A stretch of DNA of 64,000 bases from Negaprion brevirostris (Eukaryota): contig JARDVH010000154.1 in NCBI GenBank assembly GCA_030324005.1, forward strand, positions 34,405,973-34,469,972, read 5' to 3'. The notes under the pieces were generated by a model. The model was not told the DNA's origin. It made no database searches and was given only the letters and a program-made list of their open reading frames with translations. A program made the translations under genes and the position numbers. Below are positions 26,911 through 39,892 of this stretch, in pieces (positions within the stretch are counted from its first letter, which is position 1; every line of letters starts with the position of its first letter).

Positions 26911-28069
26911 CTGATGGAGGCAGGCTGGTATTTCCAGTGATGGACTTGAGGCTATGAGGAACTGCTCAGAATACACTAATTTCAAGTGAGGTCCCCTGGG
27001 CTGCAGTCTGGATTGACCCTAAAAATATCCTCCTGGGGTTTGGCTGATCGGAGTGCCCATANNNNNNNNNNNNNNNNNNNNNNNNNNNNNNNNNNNNNNN
27101 NNNNNNNNNNNNNNNNNNNNNNNNNNNNNNNNNNNNNNNNNNNNNNNNNNNNNNNNNNNNNNNNNNNNNNNNNNNNNNNNNNNNNNNNNNNNNNNNNNNN
27201 NNNNNNNNNNNNNNNNNNNNNNNNNNNNNNNNNNNNNNNNNNNNNNNNNNNNNNNNNNNNNNNNNNNNNNNNNNNNNNNNNNNNNNNNNNNNNNNNNNNN
27301 NNNNNNNNNNNNNNNNNNNNNNNNNNNNNNNNNNNNNNNNNNGTTGGCTATTTGCCCTATGATATTTGCTGTTGGCAGTCCAGTGTTGTATGTAATATGT
27401 CCATTCACGCCCAGGGAGTCTGGTAAATGGAGCCCATGGTTTGCCAATAGAGCAAAGCGCCTTTTAAAGGATTGTGTATTTTGAAGAGATGCAGAATTTT
27501 TTGACTTTGTTCAGAATGGCTATCTCAGTAGCTTTGTGGCTACAAACATTCTGTTTCTTCTTGGTTGACTTTATCTGACTCTACTGCTTCCTGAAGTTAC
27601 TGATTTCCTGCTTGGACCTAATTAGCAACAATCACCCCCTTATTCTTTCCCAACGAGATCACTCCCAGACTTGTGTTGTGCTGGAACTGAAGCAAGATCT
27701 TGTCCTAGCCCAAGGTTCATTTTTTTTTTTTAGGAATTGCAGAGCAGTGAGCAGGAATCCTAGCTGATTTTCTTTCCCCTTGTTCACTCAGGACACTAAG
27801 GCCAGTAGTAGTATCCTTTGCTGCCACCCCAAATTAAATCACTTAACTCAGCAGACTGAAATTGAGCCTCATGGGCTGTATGTCTTCATTGCAGGTTACC
27901 AACTGAGCCATCAGGGAAGCATCCTGATATTCTCTTAATTGGAGTTTGCATAATTCAGGATTTAAAGTTCATGGAATGCCCCCTCGTGCCATTGTTTATC
28001 ATATTTTGAAACAGCCAGTATAAAGTTGTTTTTGCTATTCCATAGCAGTTGACCTTGTAGGTACTAACA

Positions 28070-28490
28070 GAAAGGAAAGATATTGCTTTTCACTGCCTCA
28101 GGATGTCCTAATTGGCTGTAAAGTACTTTCATTACTTTTCTTCCTACTGTTGTAATCTATGAAATACAACAGCAGTCAGTTTGCATGCAGCAAACTCCTA
28201 AATGTGATAATCATCATGTTTGTTTTTGTGAAGCTGATTGAGAGAATTATTGACCAGGACACTGGGGATAACACTTCTGTTAGTCTTCAAAATAGTGCCA
28301 TGGGACCATTAACGTTCACCTCTGAGGTGCCCCAGTTAACGTCTCAACGGAAAGACAGATCCTTCAACACTGGCACACTCTTGGCCTCTCAGTGGAGTGT
28401 CCACCTTGATTTTTGTGGTCAAGTCCCTGGAGTGGGACTGGGACCTGCAATCTTCTGATTTCTGGCGAGAGCTTTACTGCTGACACAGTA
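28070..28490 (-). mobile_element. DeuSINE (SacSINE1-like) copy ending ~130 bp upstream of exon 3
   Basis: aaatagtgccatgggacc...ttaacgtctcaacggaaagac...ctggagtgggac. Confidence 0.65.
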
Positions 28491-28621
28491 GATGCACAGT
28501 GTTAACACACAGATGAGTTGGTGCATTAGATGTCTACAGTATGACTTAAGGAACTTGTGCAGTTCATCCATTACTACTTGCATTGTTGTAATGATCTGAC
28601 AATTTTATGTTACTACTACAG

Positions 28622-28730
28622 TGGTGGAAAATGAAATCCAAGCCAGAATAGATCAGATTTTCAGCAATCTGGAGCGACTTGAAATACTGACCAGCAAAGA
28701 GCCCCCAAACAGACGGCAGAATGCCAAACT
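28622..28730 (+). CDS. GOSR2: GOSR2 coding exon 3, 109 bp
   Basis: tactacag|TGGTGGAA...GCCAAACT|gtaagt; (L)[35 protein letters not shown](L); phases join exons 2 and 4 in frame. Confidence 0.97.
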
Positions 28731-30625
28731 GTAAGTGTGATTGTCATTTTAATGATCGTCGTTACTTCATTGCAGATTTATTTATTGAGATAAATGTTGA
28801 CTGTTGCGCAAAAACCCAGGTTTAAACAAACTAGGTAAAGCAGAGGGGGTTTGTTCAGTTTTTTTTTATTGTTCAGGAATTTCCAAGCAGTGCCCAAATT
28901 CAGTGTAATAGGATAGTTTTAGTGTACTTAAAATATATACTTCTAATATATGAATCTTAATATGAAACACATTGGAGCCCAGAACAGATGTCTCCATATA
29001 CCATTTAAACTTGTGTTTGATTGCTGCCCTGAGTTAATGTTGTAAATCCCATGATGATGTGCGTTTCATTAAATTATTCCTTCTTTAATTTTTAAGCACT
29101 GATTTATGCTTTTTATCTGCTAACGGCCTTTGGAAATTGCATCATAGTTTTGTGCCGTGAAGTCTGATCAAAATCCAGGATTCCAGCACTTCACTTTTGC
29201 TCGTATTAGGAATCATCCTGGGTCTGAACTTAACCTGAATCTATTCCTCAGTCCACAGTGAGAAGTTTCCTAAGCTGATCAGAACAAGGACTAATTAAAC
29301 CAGCACATCTCTGGGCTTCAGTACACTGCAAAGTTAAATCATCTCCCAGGTTGCATGATTCACAAGGGTATGGCACAGTGTTGCTTTGCCAGCACGTTCT
29401 GGGCTGGTGTAACTGTGAACTTAATACTTCATTTGCCCCACCCACCCCCAAATTCTCCATTGCCACCCCTCCTCCCACTGACTCTTGTATTGGAGCTGTA
29501 CAACTCTATCTGAAGTAAGAAATCTGGACCAGGAGGAAACTTGAGGTGCAAGAGATTTATGGCACCAAATAACTGTATAACCCAAGAGGCTAGTTATTTC
29601 GCAAACTGTATATTTTGCCTGTTCTCCCTAGGCTCCAGTCATACGTGCACTGAATGAAGCAAGGAGTGGGCAGTGTGCACTTGCAATGACATTTTCCTTT
29701 AACTGAAAATGAAACCTGCCATTGGCAATCTGGGCAGTATAATGCGTGACAGATTGATGTGACTGAAATAAGAAACCAGAGAGAAAAAATCAACTTCTAA
29801 ATCTGAAAGAAGACTTAGCCATGTGAAGAACTGAATGATGTCTGGGTCCCTGAAGGTTATTGTAAGATATAGCTTAAGGAAAAGTCATTTGGAAATATGA
29901 TTGAGCTTTAAGTTTGTTTTTGGGCTGCAGTTATGTTGCCATGTTTGCTTCAATGTATAGTTTCTGCTGCATGTTGACGCAAAAGTAAGGCAACCCTGAA
30001 ATCGGCTAAACATTTTTGGATGTTCTGTGCACACAGATGGTATGATAATAAATGCATTTTTCTTACTTCTTTCTCTTTTTCTGTTTCTTTATCCTGCTCA
30101 TTCTCTCCCAACGGTTGTTACTTTTTAAACTTTTTTATTTCCTTATCCTCCTCGTTCTCTCCTAACAATAAAGAGACTTATAAGAGAGTTGAGCATTGTG
30201 CATCTGGNNNNNNNNNCTTGCATCGAGCACTAGCCTCGCAGGCATGTGCATCAATGGATCTATTGGATTGCATCATTTTTAAAAAATCTTGTAGGTAGCA
30301 GCAAACTCTTTCTCTTGAAAAAGGTTACTGTTTTCTGTGGGTTGCTGCAGGCAAATTTGGCTCCTGTGTTTGCACTTAAGAAACAATAATTGGCTTTGAA
30401 GTGTCTTGGGACATGTTTAAGTTGTGAAAAGTGTCATATAAAAGCAAATACTTTATCTTAACCACTTCATGTTTGTTCATGTGCTCTAAATGAGTTTGAA
30501 AACCATTTGGGATCAATATCCTCCTTAGCAGGGCCTACTGCATTTAGTGTTTGCTCTGGAATATTTTTATGATGGTTGTTGTGTTTTTTAAATTTGGTAT
30601 TCGACTCGTACTTTCTCTCCTGTAG

Positions 30626-30758
30626 CCGAGTGGATCAACTGAAATATGACTGCCAGCACCTACAAACAGCTCTGAAGAACTTCCAGCACCGGCGGTATGC
30701 CCGTGAGCAACAAGATCGAGAGCGAGAGGAGCTGTTATCTCGCACGTTCACAACCAAT
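30626..30758 (+). CDS. GOSR2: GOSR2 coding exon 4, 133 bp
   Basis: tcctgtag|CCGAGTG...ACCAAT|gtaagg; [44 protein letters not shown]. Confidence 0.97.
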
Positions 30759-30957
30759 GTAAGGAATTATTAACACTGTTTTAACCGTACAGACTTTTTA
30801 CGTCATTGGTGAGACTGGTTAACTCACATTTGTACATTAAAAGAAAGCTAATGCTCTGTCTTGTGGAATGGTGGGATTTGGGTCTGACATGTCTTCATAT
30901 GCAAAAGGTGCAATGCAGAGATTTGGTGATTGCCCAGAACAAGAGAGGAGAAATTCA

Positions 30958-31705
30958 GACAGCAAAATACGACAGTTGCTGGAAATTTGAAATAAAGGCA
31001 GAGAAGACTAGAAATACTCCTCTGTGGAGAGAAATAAGAGTTAACGTTTCATGTCTGTGCCCTTTCATCAGATTTGAGGAGTGTAATGGGTTTTGAGCGA
31101 GTGAAAAGGGATGTGCGGAAGAAGGGTAAATGGGGAGTTTATGATAGGGTGGAGGACAGGACAAATTAAACAACAAAGGTAAAAAGCCAAAAGAGGTTTT
31201 AATGGGATAAATATACTAGGTAAGGTGTGACTGGCAATATAGCAGACATCCAAATGCAAAATAACAGTATTCATAAAGGAAAAGGTGAACCGGAGCCAAA
31301 AACAAGCACTGAACAAAATGGGAGTTGAGGTTATTATCTGATTGTGGTGTTGAGTCCCAAAGACTTTCAAGAACCCAGTCAAAAGATGAAGTCCTGCTCC
31401 TCAAGCTTCATGGGAACGCAGTAGCTGGCCAGGAAAAGGAAGATCCAAGTGGGAATGAAGTGGAGAATTAAAATGACGTGGCAGGAAGTTGAGTCATGCA
31501 TGCGTACTAAATGAGGGTGTTCTACAAGGTAATCAGCCAGTCAATGATGGGTCTTTTCAATGTAAAGAAGACATTGTTGTGAGCAGCAAATACCCTGTAT
31601 TAAATTGAAAGAGGTGCAGCAAAATCACTGCTTCATTTGGAAGGAGCTTTTGAAGCCTACAATGGTGAGATGGAAGGTGGTAAAAGAACAGCCACCACCT
31701 GCCCT
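30958..31705 (-). mobile_element. Penelope-like element 3' part (GIY-YIG remnant and hammerhead-bearing terminal repeat)
   Basis: Minus strand reads SFQMKQ*FCCTSFNLIQGICCSQQCLLYIEKT; CTGATGAA...GAAACGTT at ~31043-31071. Confidence 0.7.
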
Positions 31706-32124
31706 TGCTTGGCAAAAGTCCCGTAAGAAATGGAGCAGTCCTTTTGACCAACTGGATCACAGCCAAACCCAGTAACGTCCTCACCTGGGCTGCTCAATAG
31801 CAATCAGTATAAAGAACATAAATCAGTTATTTTCCTTTGGGGGCGATGAGATGGCGGAGGAGAAATCCTTTGCCTTCAAATAAAAGGTATATTTTGCTGT
31901 AATGTTGTAATGGTAGTATTAACACACACACTGTCTCCATTTCTAAATTGCTTTGTTAGGAAGCTAAGAAGCTCTTGAAAAAATATTTTCTGTCGAAATT
32001 ATGCAGGTATTCATAATTGAATGGGAGCTAATGTCAGAATTTGCAATTTTTGTGATCCTGTTCCCCTTGTGGCTCCTGTTGATTAACAACTGGTTATTGA
32101 TTGAAAAACACATTTTAAAAATAG

Positions 32125-32400
32125 TAAGAACGTAAGAAATAGGAGCAGGAGTAGGCCATTCGGCCCTTCAAGTCCTCTCCACTTTTCAGTGAGATCATGG
32201 CTGATCTTGAACACCATTTTCCTGCACGATCCGCTTATCCCTTGATGTTTTTAATATGTAGAAATTTGTTGATCTTAGCCTGGAACGTGTTCAATGACTG
32301 AGCTTCCACAGCTCTCTGGAGCAGAGAATTCCAAAGATTAATCACTGAGTGAAGAAGCTCCTCAATCCTAAATGGCGTGCCCTTTATTCTCAGACTTTGT
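32125..32400 (-). mobile_element. CR1 LINE 3' fragment
   Basis: taagaacgtaagaaataggagcagg tail; VINLWNSLLQRAVEAQSLNTFQAKINKFL. Confidence 0.85.
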
Positions 32401-32492
32401 TTCCTGATTGTTTGTTTGTTTTTTGTCCTCAAAATCTGCAACGTGTGCTCAACAGATGAAATATCTGGCAAAAACCAGTTAAACTTCATTAT

Positions 32493-32767
32493 CCATATAA
32501 TCCTTATGGTACAATGGAGGCTATTCAGCTCATCGATTCTGCACCGGCTCTCTGAAAGAGCATCTTACCCAGGCCCAACTCCCTGCCCTATCCCCGTAAC
32601 CCTGTGCAATTTAGCATGGCCAATCCACCTAACCTGCAGTAATCTTTGGGACCGTGGGAATAAACCAGGACACCCAGAAGAAACTCTCACAAACACCGTG
32701 AGAACGTGTAAACACCACAGAAACATTCACCCATGGCTGGAATTGAACCTGGGTCCCTGGCACTGTA
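32493..32767 (-). mobile_element. HE1 V-SINE running into an N gap
   Basis: HE1 tail, core and B-box region. Confidence 0.8.
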
Positions 32768-33959
32768 NNNNNNNNNNNNNNNNNNNNNNNNNNNNNNNNN
32801 NNNNNNNNNNNNNNNNNNNNNNNNNNNNNNNNNNNNNNNNNNNNNNNNNNNNNNNNNNNNNNNNNNNNNNNNNNNNNNNNNNNNNNNNNNNNNNNNNNNN
32901 NNNNNNNNNNNNNNNNNNNNNNNNNNNNNNNNNNNNNNNNNNNNNNNNNNNNNNNNNNNNNNNNNNNNNNNNNNNNNNNNNNNNNNNNNNNNNNNNNNNN
33001 NNNNNNNNNNNNNNNNNNNNNNNNNNNNNNNNNNNNNNNNNNNNNNNNNNNNNNNNNNNNNNNNNNNNNNNNNNNNNNNNNNNNNNNNNNNNNNNNNNNN
33101 NNNNNNNNNNNNNNNNNNNNNNNNNNNNNNNNNNNNNNNNNNNNNNNNNNNNNNNNNNNNNNNNNNNNNNNNNNNNNNNNNNNNNNNNNNNNNNNNNNNN
33201 NNNNNNNNNNNNNNNNNNNNNNNNNNNNNNNNNNNNNNNNNNNNNNNNNNNNNNNNNNNNNNNNNNNNNNNNNNNNNNNNNNNNNNNNNNNNNNNNNNNN
33301 NNNNNNNNNNNNNNNNNNNNNNNNNNNNNNNNNNNNNNNNNNNNNNNNNNNNNNNNNNNNNNNCAACTTCATTGGCATGTTAATGTAAGCCTACTTGTGC
33401 ACCAATAAATTAAATAAACTGTGCCTGAAGTAAATTTGGAAAAATGTAATTCTCCTGAGTTAGTGCTTCTTTCTAGGAGATTATGATGCCCGTGCCTTAC
33501 AGATTAAACAGGAGAAAGGCAGTGTGAAAAATCATTCTTCACTTGCTAAAGAATAGTCTAATTTGATTCTAGAAGTTTTGTTATTTCTTCAAAGTGCATG
33601 AGAAATATTCTCCTTCAGGGGCCTTTGCCACATGTTATATTTGCTTTGGCTGACCATTACCTCACCCTTGCTGTGAAATCTGTTGTGTTTGTTATGTATA
33701 ACCCGCAGCTACATTCTAAAATGGGCGTAGGTGCTTCTCAAGCTGCTGTGTACATGTTTAGAACAGAATGATTAGCTGAAGAGTGTGTCCAACTGGAATT
33801 GTGTACTGCAGTGAGATCAATGTGAAAGTGAATGCTTGGGTAGCTGACAGCTTTCGAAACATTGGACATGGAGATGTGGATCGAGTTTCAGTGCGAGTGG
33901 TACTAAAGTGGTGGAGAAGGTGGGAAATATTGCAGAGCTGGAAATAGATGTTCCAAGAT

Positions 33960-34545
33960 AGACCTCAATGCCTGACCACTTCACTCCACCGCTAAGACCA
34001 TGTACCTGTATCTGCATAACATTACCTCTCTCCGCTCCTATCTCGGGGCATCTGCAACTGAAACCCTCATTTCATGTCTCTTACTTTGACACTTGCCTAT
34101 CCTGCTGGTCTCTTGCCATCTTCTACTCTCCGTAAACTTTACGTCCTAATGCACCAGCTTTTGTTCACCCACTGCTTCTGTGCTCACTAATCTGCAATGA
34201 CTTCTGATCACAAAATACCACAATTTTAAAATTGTGTCCAACTCTAACTTGTTTTCAACTCCTTTTATCACTTGGAAATCCTCTGATTTCTCTTCCAATT
34301 CTGGTTTCTTGTGATATCTGATTTTAATAGCACCACTATTGAAGGCCATGCCTTCAGTTGATGAAACCTTAAACTTGTATTCCCTGGAAATTTCTTCCAA
34401 AGCCACCATCCACTCTATCTTAACCTCTTTCCCCTTTGACCAGGTTTTTGGTCACCTTTTCTCTCTTATGTGGCTTACTGTTTTGTGTGCATGTTTTGTG
34501 CAGCACCTGAGGGTGCTTTACTTTAAGTGTGTGGCATAAAGGCAA
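33960..34545 (+). mobile_element. Old L2-like LINE 3' fragment
   Basis: ctgaaaccctcatttcatg..., tttgaccaggtttttggtcacct, cagcacctgagggtgctttact; similar pieces at ~190-320, 11880-12120(-) and 50590-50850. Confidence 0.6.
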
Positions 34546-35407
34546 ATCTTTGATGTGGAAGGTGTTAGCTATGCAGGGGTCTGAGATTGTACACTGTTAG
34601 GTTCAGCCTGAATTCGATTCTCATAGTTAATGAGATGGTTAAGATTGTGTTTAAGATGCAGCGCTGTTAGGTGAAGGCTACAAAGAATGGNNNNNNNNNN
34701 NNNNNNNNNNNNNNNNNNNNNNNNNNNNNNNNNNNNNNNNNNNNNNNNNNNNNNNNNNNNNNNNNNNNNNNNNNNNNNNNNNNNNNNNNNAGCGCTGGTA
34801 GGTGAAGGCTACAAAGACTGGCACCTGTTTTCCAGTCTTCAACTGAAGGAAATTCTGGCATATCATGAGCAAGCAATTGTCAGCAAAGTTTGTGTATTTG
34901 AGAGTGTATGCAGAGAAGGAAAGCTGGATCTCAGCAGTGTGCCTGTGGGTGGTAATATTGAGAGGTAGCTTGTCTGAGTTGTCCATTTGTACTTTGAAAG
35001 ACTAATTTGACTGCTGTTCAGACAGGTGGAGATAGAAACATGATAGGACATCTTATTGGAGATGGCACGAAGTGAATCAGTGAGTAGAATATGCTCTTAT
35101 TTACTGACAGTGTTGGAGATGGATGGTGGTGAAGTTAGAATGATTCATCACCACAGAAAACTGTGGAAAGGCTGGGAGGGTTTAAAATCCACCATTACAA
35201 TCTGATTAAAAAATACATTTGACTCCTTGAACTATATTCTTCTCTGTATGGTGGATGGAATCGAAGACATGGTGAGGACAGATTTAACGATAATGGTTAG
35301 AAGATAAGGATGGCAATGGCACACTTGCCAGATGAAACAGCCACCGGACTGAACTGAAGAATATGTGCTGAGCCCTTTTTAAACAGGAGAACAACGACAT
35401 TAGCTTT

Positions 35408-35780
35408 GATGTGGAGATGCCAGTGTTGGACTGGGGTGAGCACAGTAAGAAGTCCCACGACATCAGGTTAAAGTCCAACAGATTTACTTGGAGTTATGAG
35501 AACATAAGAAATAGGAGCAGGAGTAGGCCATCTAGCCCCTCGAGCCTGCCCTGCCATTCAAANNNNNNNNNNNNNNNNNNNNNNNNNNNNNNNNNNNNNN
35601 NNNNNNNNNNNNNNNNNNNNNNNNNNNNNNNNNNNNNNNNNNNNNNNNNNNNNNNNNNNNNNATTATTCCTACCAAAGTGGACAACCTCACATTTGCCAA
35701 CATTAAATTCCATTTGCCAGTTCCTGGCCCATTCTCCCAGCCTATCTGCTTTCGGAGTGTTGCTACTTCCTCAGTGAGTG
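35408..35780 (-). mobile_element. Penelope-like terminal repeat split by a CR1 insertion (~35499-35745)
   Basis: gatgtggagatgccagtgttggactgggg... resumes after the CR1 as gctttcggagtgttgctacttcctcag (decayed hammerhead). Confidence 0.7.
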
Positions 35781-36084
35781 GAGAGTTGGGTTCACAAACA
35801 TGGTATATATAGACAGAGACGCAATTGCAAGATAATGGTTGGAATGCAAATCTTTACAAGTACAGACAATGTGAGTGAAGAGGGGGATAATCGCAGGTTA
35901 AAGAGGTGTGAATTGTCACAAGCCAGGGCAGTTGGTAGGATTTTGCAAGCCCAGCCAAAACGGTAGGCTTTGGCAGAGGAATACTACAGAAGTGGCACTT
36001 CGCGAATCAAGAACAATTGTATACGTCCGTTTAAAAACTGTGGCTGAGTATTGGTTGGAGAGGTTTGGAACCATTTTCCTTGGA

Positions 36085-36430
36085 GAAATGAAGACAGAGG
36101 AGACTTGATAGAGGCTTTCAAGAGAAACTGTTCTCAGTCAAAAGAGCATCAAGAATGAGAGGGCACATATTCAAAATAATTGGCAAAAGCAACAAAAATG
36201 ATGAGGAAAAATCCTGACTGTGGTTGGAGTCTGGAACAAACATCCTGAGATGGTAGTGGAGGCAAGTTTGATTAAGGTATTCAAAAGGCAATTGGATTGC
36301 TATCTCAAAAAGAATGTGTAAGGTTATGGGGATAAGGCAGAGGTGTGGGGTTAGGTAAAATCCTCTTTGAGAGCCAGTGTAAATTTGATAGGCCAAATGG
36401 CCTCCTTCTGCACTGTAAAGATTCTGTGAA
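36085..36430 (+). mobile_element. CR1 LINE 3' fragment
   Basis: gagacttgatagaggctttcaa...ggccaaatggcctccttctgcactgtaaagattct. Confidence 0.75.
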
Positions 36431-38197
36431 TAAGTTGAGTTGAGGGCAGTCAGGAGAGAGAGCAGGTAGTGGATCTCGGAGAAGAGTGGAATCTGGTGAA
36501 AGTTTGGTGACGAGAGAGCAGGGAGAAGTGTGGGATGGGAGCTGTGGAGAATGAGCATTCAGAGCTAGGAAATTGGTGGGCAAGAGTAGCGGGGACAACT
36601 TCATGACTAGTCTGTTCTGAAGACAGAAATCCACAAGCCACCTCTATCAAAGGTGAGAATTGAGATTCAAGGACTGGAACTTGGAGGAGTTGCAAGAACT
36701 GATTGCTCAGTGTTGCTGATTAAAAACTGTGCAAATACTGACATCCAGTTATAGAAAGGACAGTCGTATTTTCTTTTCGGGTTAAGCTCAGTTGGCTGGA
36801 CAGATGCATCATGATTCAGATGCCAATAGCATGCGTTCAATTCCCAATGAAGTTATTCATTAAGGTCCTGCCTTCTCAGCCTTGCTCCTTGTCTGAGGCT
36901 CAGAAGGAGCTCAGTTGAGGAAGGTGAGCTAGGTAAATTTGTGCATCTGTTCATAGGCTGTCACTAATAAGTAAGTATTGGTTGGAAATGCTTCCTTTAC
37001 ACTGTTTTGCAGGTGTCCCTTGTCACTGGTGGTATTTGAGTCTTGCTTTTCCGGGCACAAGTTCAAGGTCTTCGGAGTTTGTGTGCAATTGTAAAAGACG
37101 TTATTTTGACAGTCTGTTATACTTGTATTTGGACACTTGGGACCCATTCATTTTTAATTTCTTCTGACAGCAGAACTAAATTAGTGGATAGCACATGAAA
37201 GCTGCTACTTTCCACTATAGAACCATGCAGTGTTATTGAGTCAGTTGCCTTTTGCAAAAAATAATCTGATATTAAAAGTTTTATTAAACTTGAACTAGAA
37301 AATTCAGATTCCCACTTTCCTGCAATCAGGATGCTGCTGCTGCTTGTTTCTGTAACTGGAGGAGGAAATTGGTTGTGAATTGAGCAGTAGTATTATAAAC
37401 CAGAGCATTGCCCGTGCAGTTACAGAACAACCTGTTTGTCCTGATTCTCATTTCATGAGGTATCAAGTGATTTAAAAAAAAAACTTGTGTAAAAAGGTAA
37501 GTGGGAAATGCAAATCTGTGTGAAATACCGATCATCCTGCTAGATCTCGGAGTGCAGTGGCTTGATAAAGTTTTGTCTATGTTTATTCTCTGAATTTTTG
37601 TGAATGATGGCCAGTATTCTGGCAAAACAGCTCCATTCATGCCATGTAATAAAAATTACTCTCACTATAGACAGGCTACTTGAGTAGCTATAACATTTGC
37701 AACTTTGCCAATTAACAAAGTAAAAAGGTAATTTACTAAAGAAGATGCAATGTTGAGGAATATAATGTTACTAAATAGGGTGGACCATAATCAGCAATAG
37801 GTTTGGATGCAGAAAGCCCTTCAATCTATTTGATCTTATCCTTCTGGAATATGACCTTGTTAAANNNNNNNNNNNNNNNNNNNNNNNNNNAGTTGATCTT
37901 ACTCCACCACCCTCCTTGACCCCCGTCTTCTGTGAAGAAATTCTCTTTGGCTAAAAATCTGAACCCAAGTTGCTTCACCTAATGCTGGCTATGAGTATCT
38001 GAAAGCATTGTTACATTTATTCTCTATTTGACCCTTTGAAGTGTTACCATACTGGAAGAGACCTTGATTATCAAAGAATTGATCACTGTTCATTCCTTGA
38101 ACAAACTGTAGGGTTTGGTTTTCACGGCCTGTCTCTCGCTATGTTTTGCAACCATTTTTCCCAATAATTCATTCCCTCTTCCCCTTTTTGAGATGTT

Positions 38198-38378
38198 AGT
38201 CAGAATTTTATCTCCCTTTGCCGATGGAGGACGGTTGGCAGGTTTCCTGGCAGTGTGGCCGGTGAGCAATGCAAATGGCTGTTGTCTTCAGCAGGACCAG
38301 AAGATCTTGCCGCCAGCTAGTGGTGACTCTCCTGCACTGCCTGAAAATCCACCACGGGGGTACTGGAAAATCCAGGCC
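38198..38378. mobile_element. Short non-autonomous DNA-transposon-like element (MITE)
   Basis: Termini gtcagaatttt ... aaaatccaggcc; related elements at 15460-15560 and 63507-63645. Confidence 0.45.
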
Positions 38379-38543
38379 TTTGACTCATTACAACGGTATT
38401 GTTCTGTGGATATGTGCTGTCTGAGTGACTATTTGTCACGTGAGTGTTGATGTGGAACTCGACCATGAGTCTGATATCTGTCCTCTGAAACCCCAAGTGT
38501 GTATTTCCATCAGTTACTGACAGCAAACAAGAAATCTCACACT

Positions 38544-38673
38544 AAACGCAATATACTGCGGATGTTGGAATCTTAAACAAAAAATGCTGGAAAATCTCAG
38601 GTTTGACAGCATCTTTGGAGAGAGAGAGAGAATAAAGCCAACGTTTCAAATCTAGATGACCCCTTCGTCACAG
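38544..38673 (-). mobile_element. Penelope-like terminal repeat fragment
   Basis: tactgcggatgttggaatc...aatgctggaaaatctcagg...aacgtttc...gatgacccc; same family as 39667-39892 and 25855-25945. Confidence 0.7.
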
Positions 38674-39368
38674 CGAAATTTCATGCTCCTCCTACCACCA
38701 TCCCTCCTCCCAAAACCACAAACAATGTCTTGATGTCCTTGCTCGCCTTCCTAACTGAGACCTAACTCAGTACAGATGACCAACTGGCTGCATTAGCAGG
38801 TTGAAGCACATTTGAATTTCATTTAACGGAGCTTAATCACTACAACAGTAGATTTGGTTTGACTCTTTGCATCTCTCAGCAGTGCTAAGTTGCAAGGTAA
38901 ATCCTGAGTCAGGGTAACTTGAGAGAAACAGGAAGTCTCAGTCAAAACCACAAAACAGGTTCGTGCTATGTTAATAGTTGTGGTGCAGATGCAGAATTAA
39001 ACCTCGCGCACATTTTCATAGGAACAAATTCAATGAATGATGAGACAGATGCTCTTCTTTGCTCCTGAATAGTATCACGATAATATGGATCAAGTAGATG
39101 ATAATTACCTCAACTTTACAATGAGTGCAGGCCTCGTGTTTTCATATTATTTGACATTTACATTTTTATTAATTTATTTCCACAATCTACTTTTTTGAAA
39201 AGAAGAAACACAATATCCCAATAAGGACTAAGGATAACCTGTAAGCAAAATTGCCCAAATAATCAAATGTTTGAATAAAAGTACTAGACTGTACCGTATA
39301 CACTTTGTTTTATATTGATACCGAGAGGAATCGGAGCGGGTAATGAGGACCTCCCATTTTTTGTGCAG

Positions 39369-39509
39369 GATGCTGACACCTCAATAGCAATAGACGAGTC
39401 CTTGCAGTTTAACACTTCTATAATCAATGCACACAGAGGAATGGATGATCTCCTGGGGAGCGGGGCTTCTATTCTAACTGGACTGCGGGATCAGCGGATG
39501 ACACTCAAG
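39369..39509 (+). CDS. GOSR2: GOSR2 coding exon 5, 141 bp (N-terminal part of the Qb-SNARE motif)
   Basis: ttgtgcag|GATGCT...CTCAAG|gtggga; DADTSIAIDESLQFNTSIINAHRGMDDLLGSGASILTGLRDQRMTLK; phase 0/0. Confidence 0.97.
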
Positions 39510-39666
39510 GTGGGACAAAACAAAACATACAGGATCCCTAAAAGGACCCTGTTGATTGTAATCTTTTTATGTTGAATTATCTTTCACTGGCTTTTAACAC
39601 AATATTTCATAACATTTCTACTGAATAAGATTACTAACTTGAGAGGGAGTGAAACATAAATGAATG

Positions 39667-39892
39667 AAAGCAAATTATTGCAGAGGCTGGAATCTGAAAC
39701 CAAAAGTGAAAATGCTGGAAAATCTCAGCAGGTCTGTCAGCATCTATAAGGAGAGAAAAGAGCTGACGTTTTGAGTGCAGATGACCCTTTGTCAAAAGCT
39801 TGTTGACAAGAGTTTTTGACAGAGTCACCTGGACACAAAACGTCACCTCTTTTCTCTCCTTATGGATGCTGACAGACCTGCTGAGATTTTCC
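39667..39892. mobile_element. Palindromic Penelope-derived insertion with a 14-bp target site duplication
   Basis: Inverted arms across 39712-39897; aacataaatgaatg at both 39653-39666 and 39893-39906. Confidence 0.85.

Noticed and set aside
32377-33408. Long ORFs (343, 249 and 216 aa) and similar ones at ~27.0-27.5 kb
   Set aside because: Their length comes from N runs; the real parts are SINE or LINE sequence
34660-34821. ~30-bp near-identical direct repeat flanking a 100-N gap, superficially repeat-spacer-like
   Set aside because: Only two copies around a gap in a vertebrate genome; haplotype overlap or collapsed tandem repeat, not CRISPR
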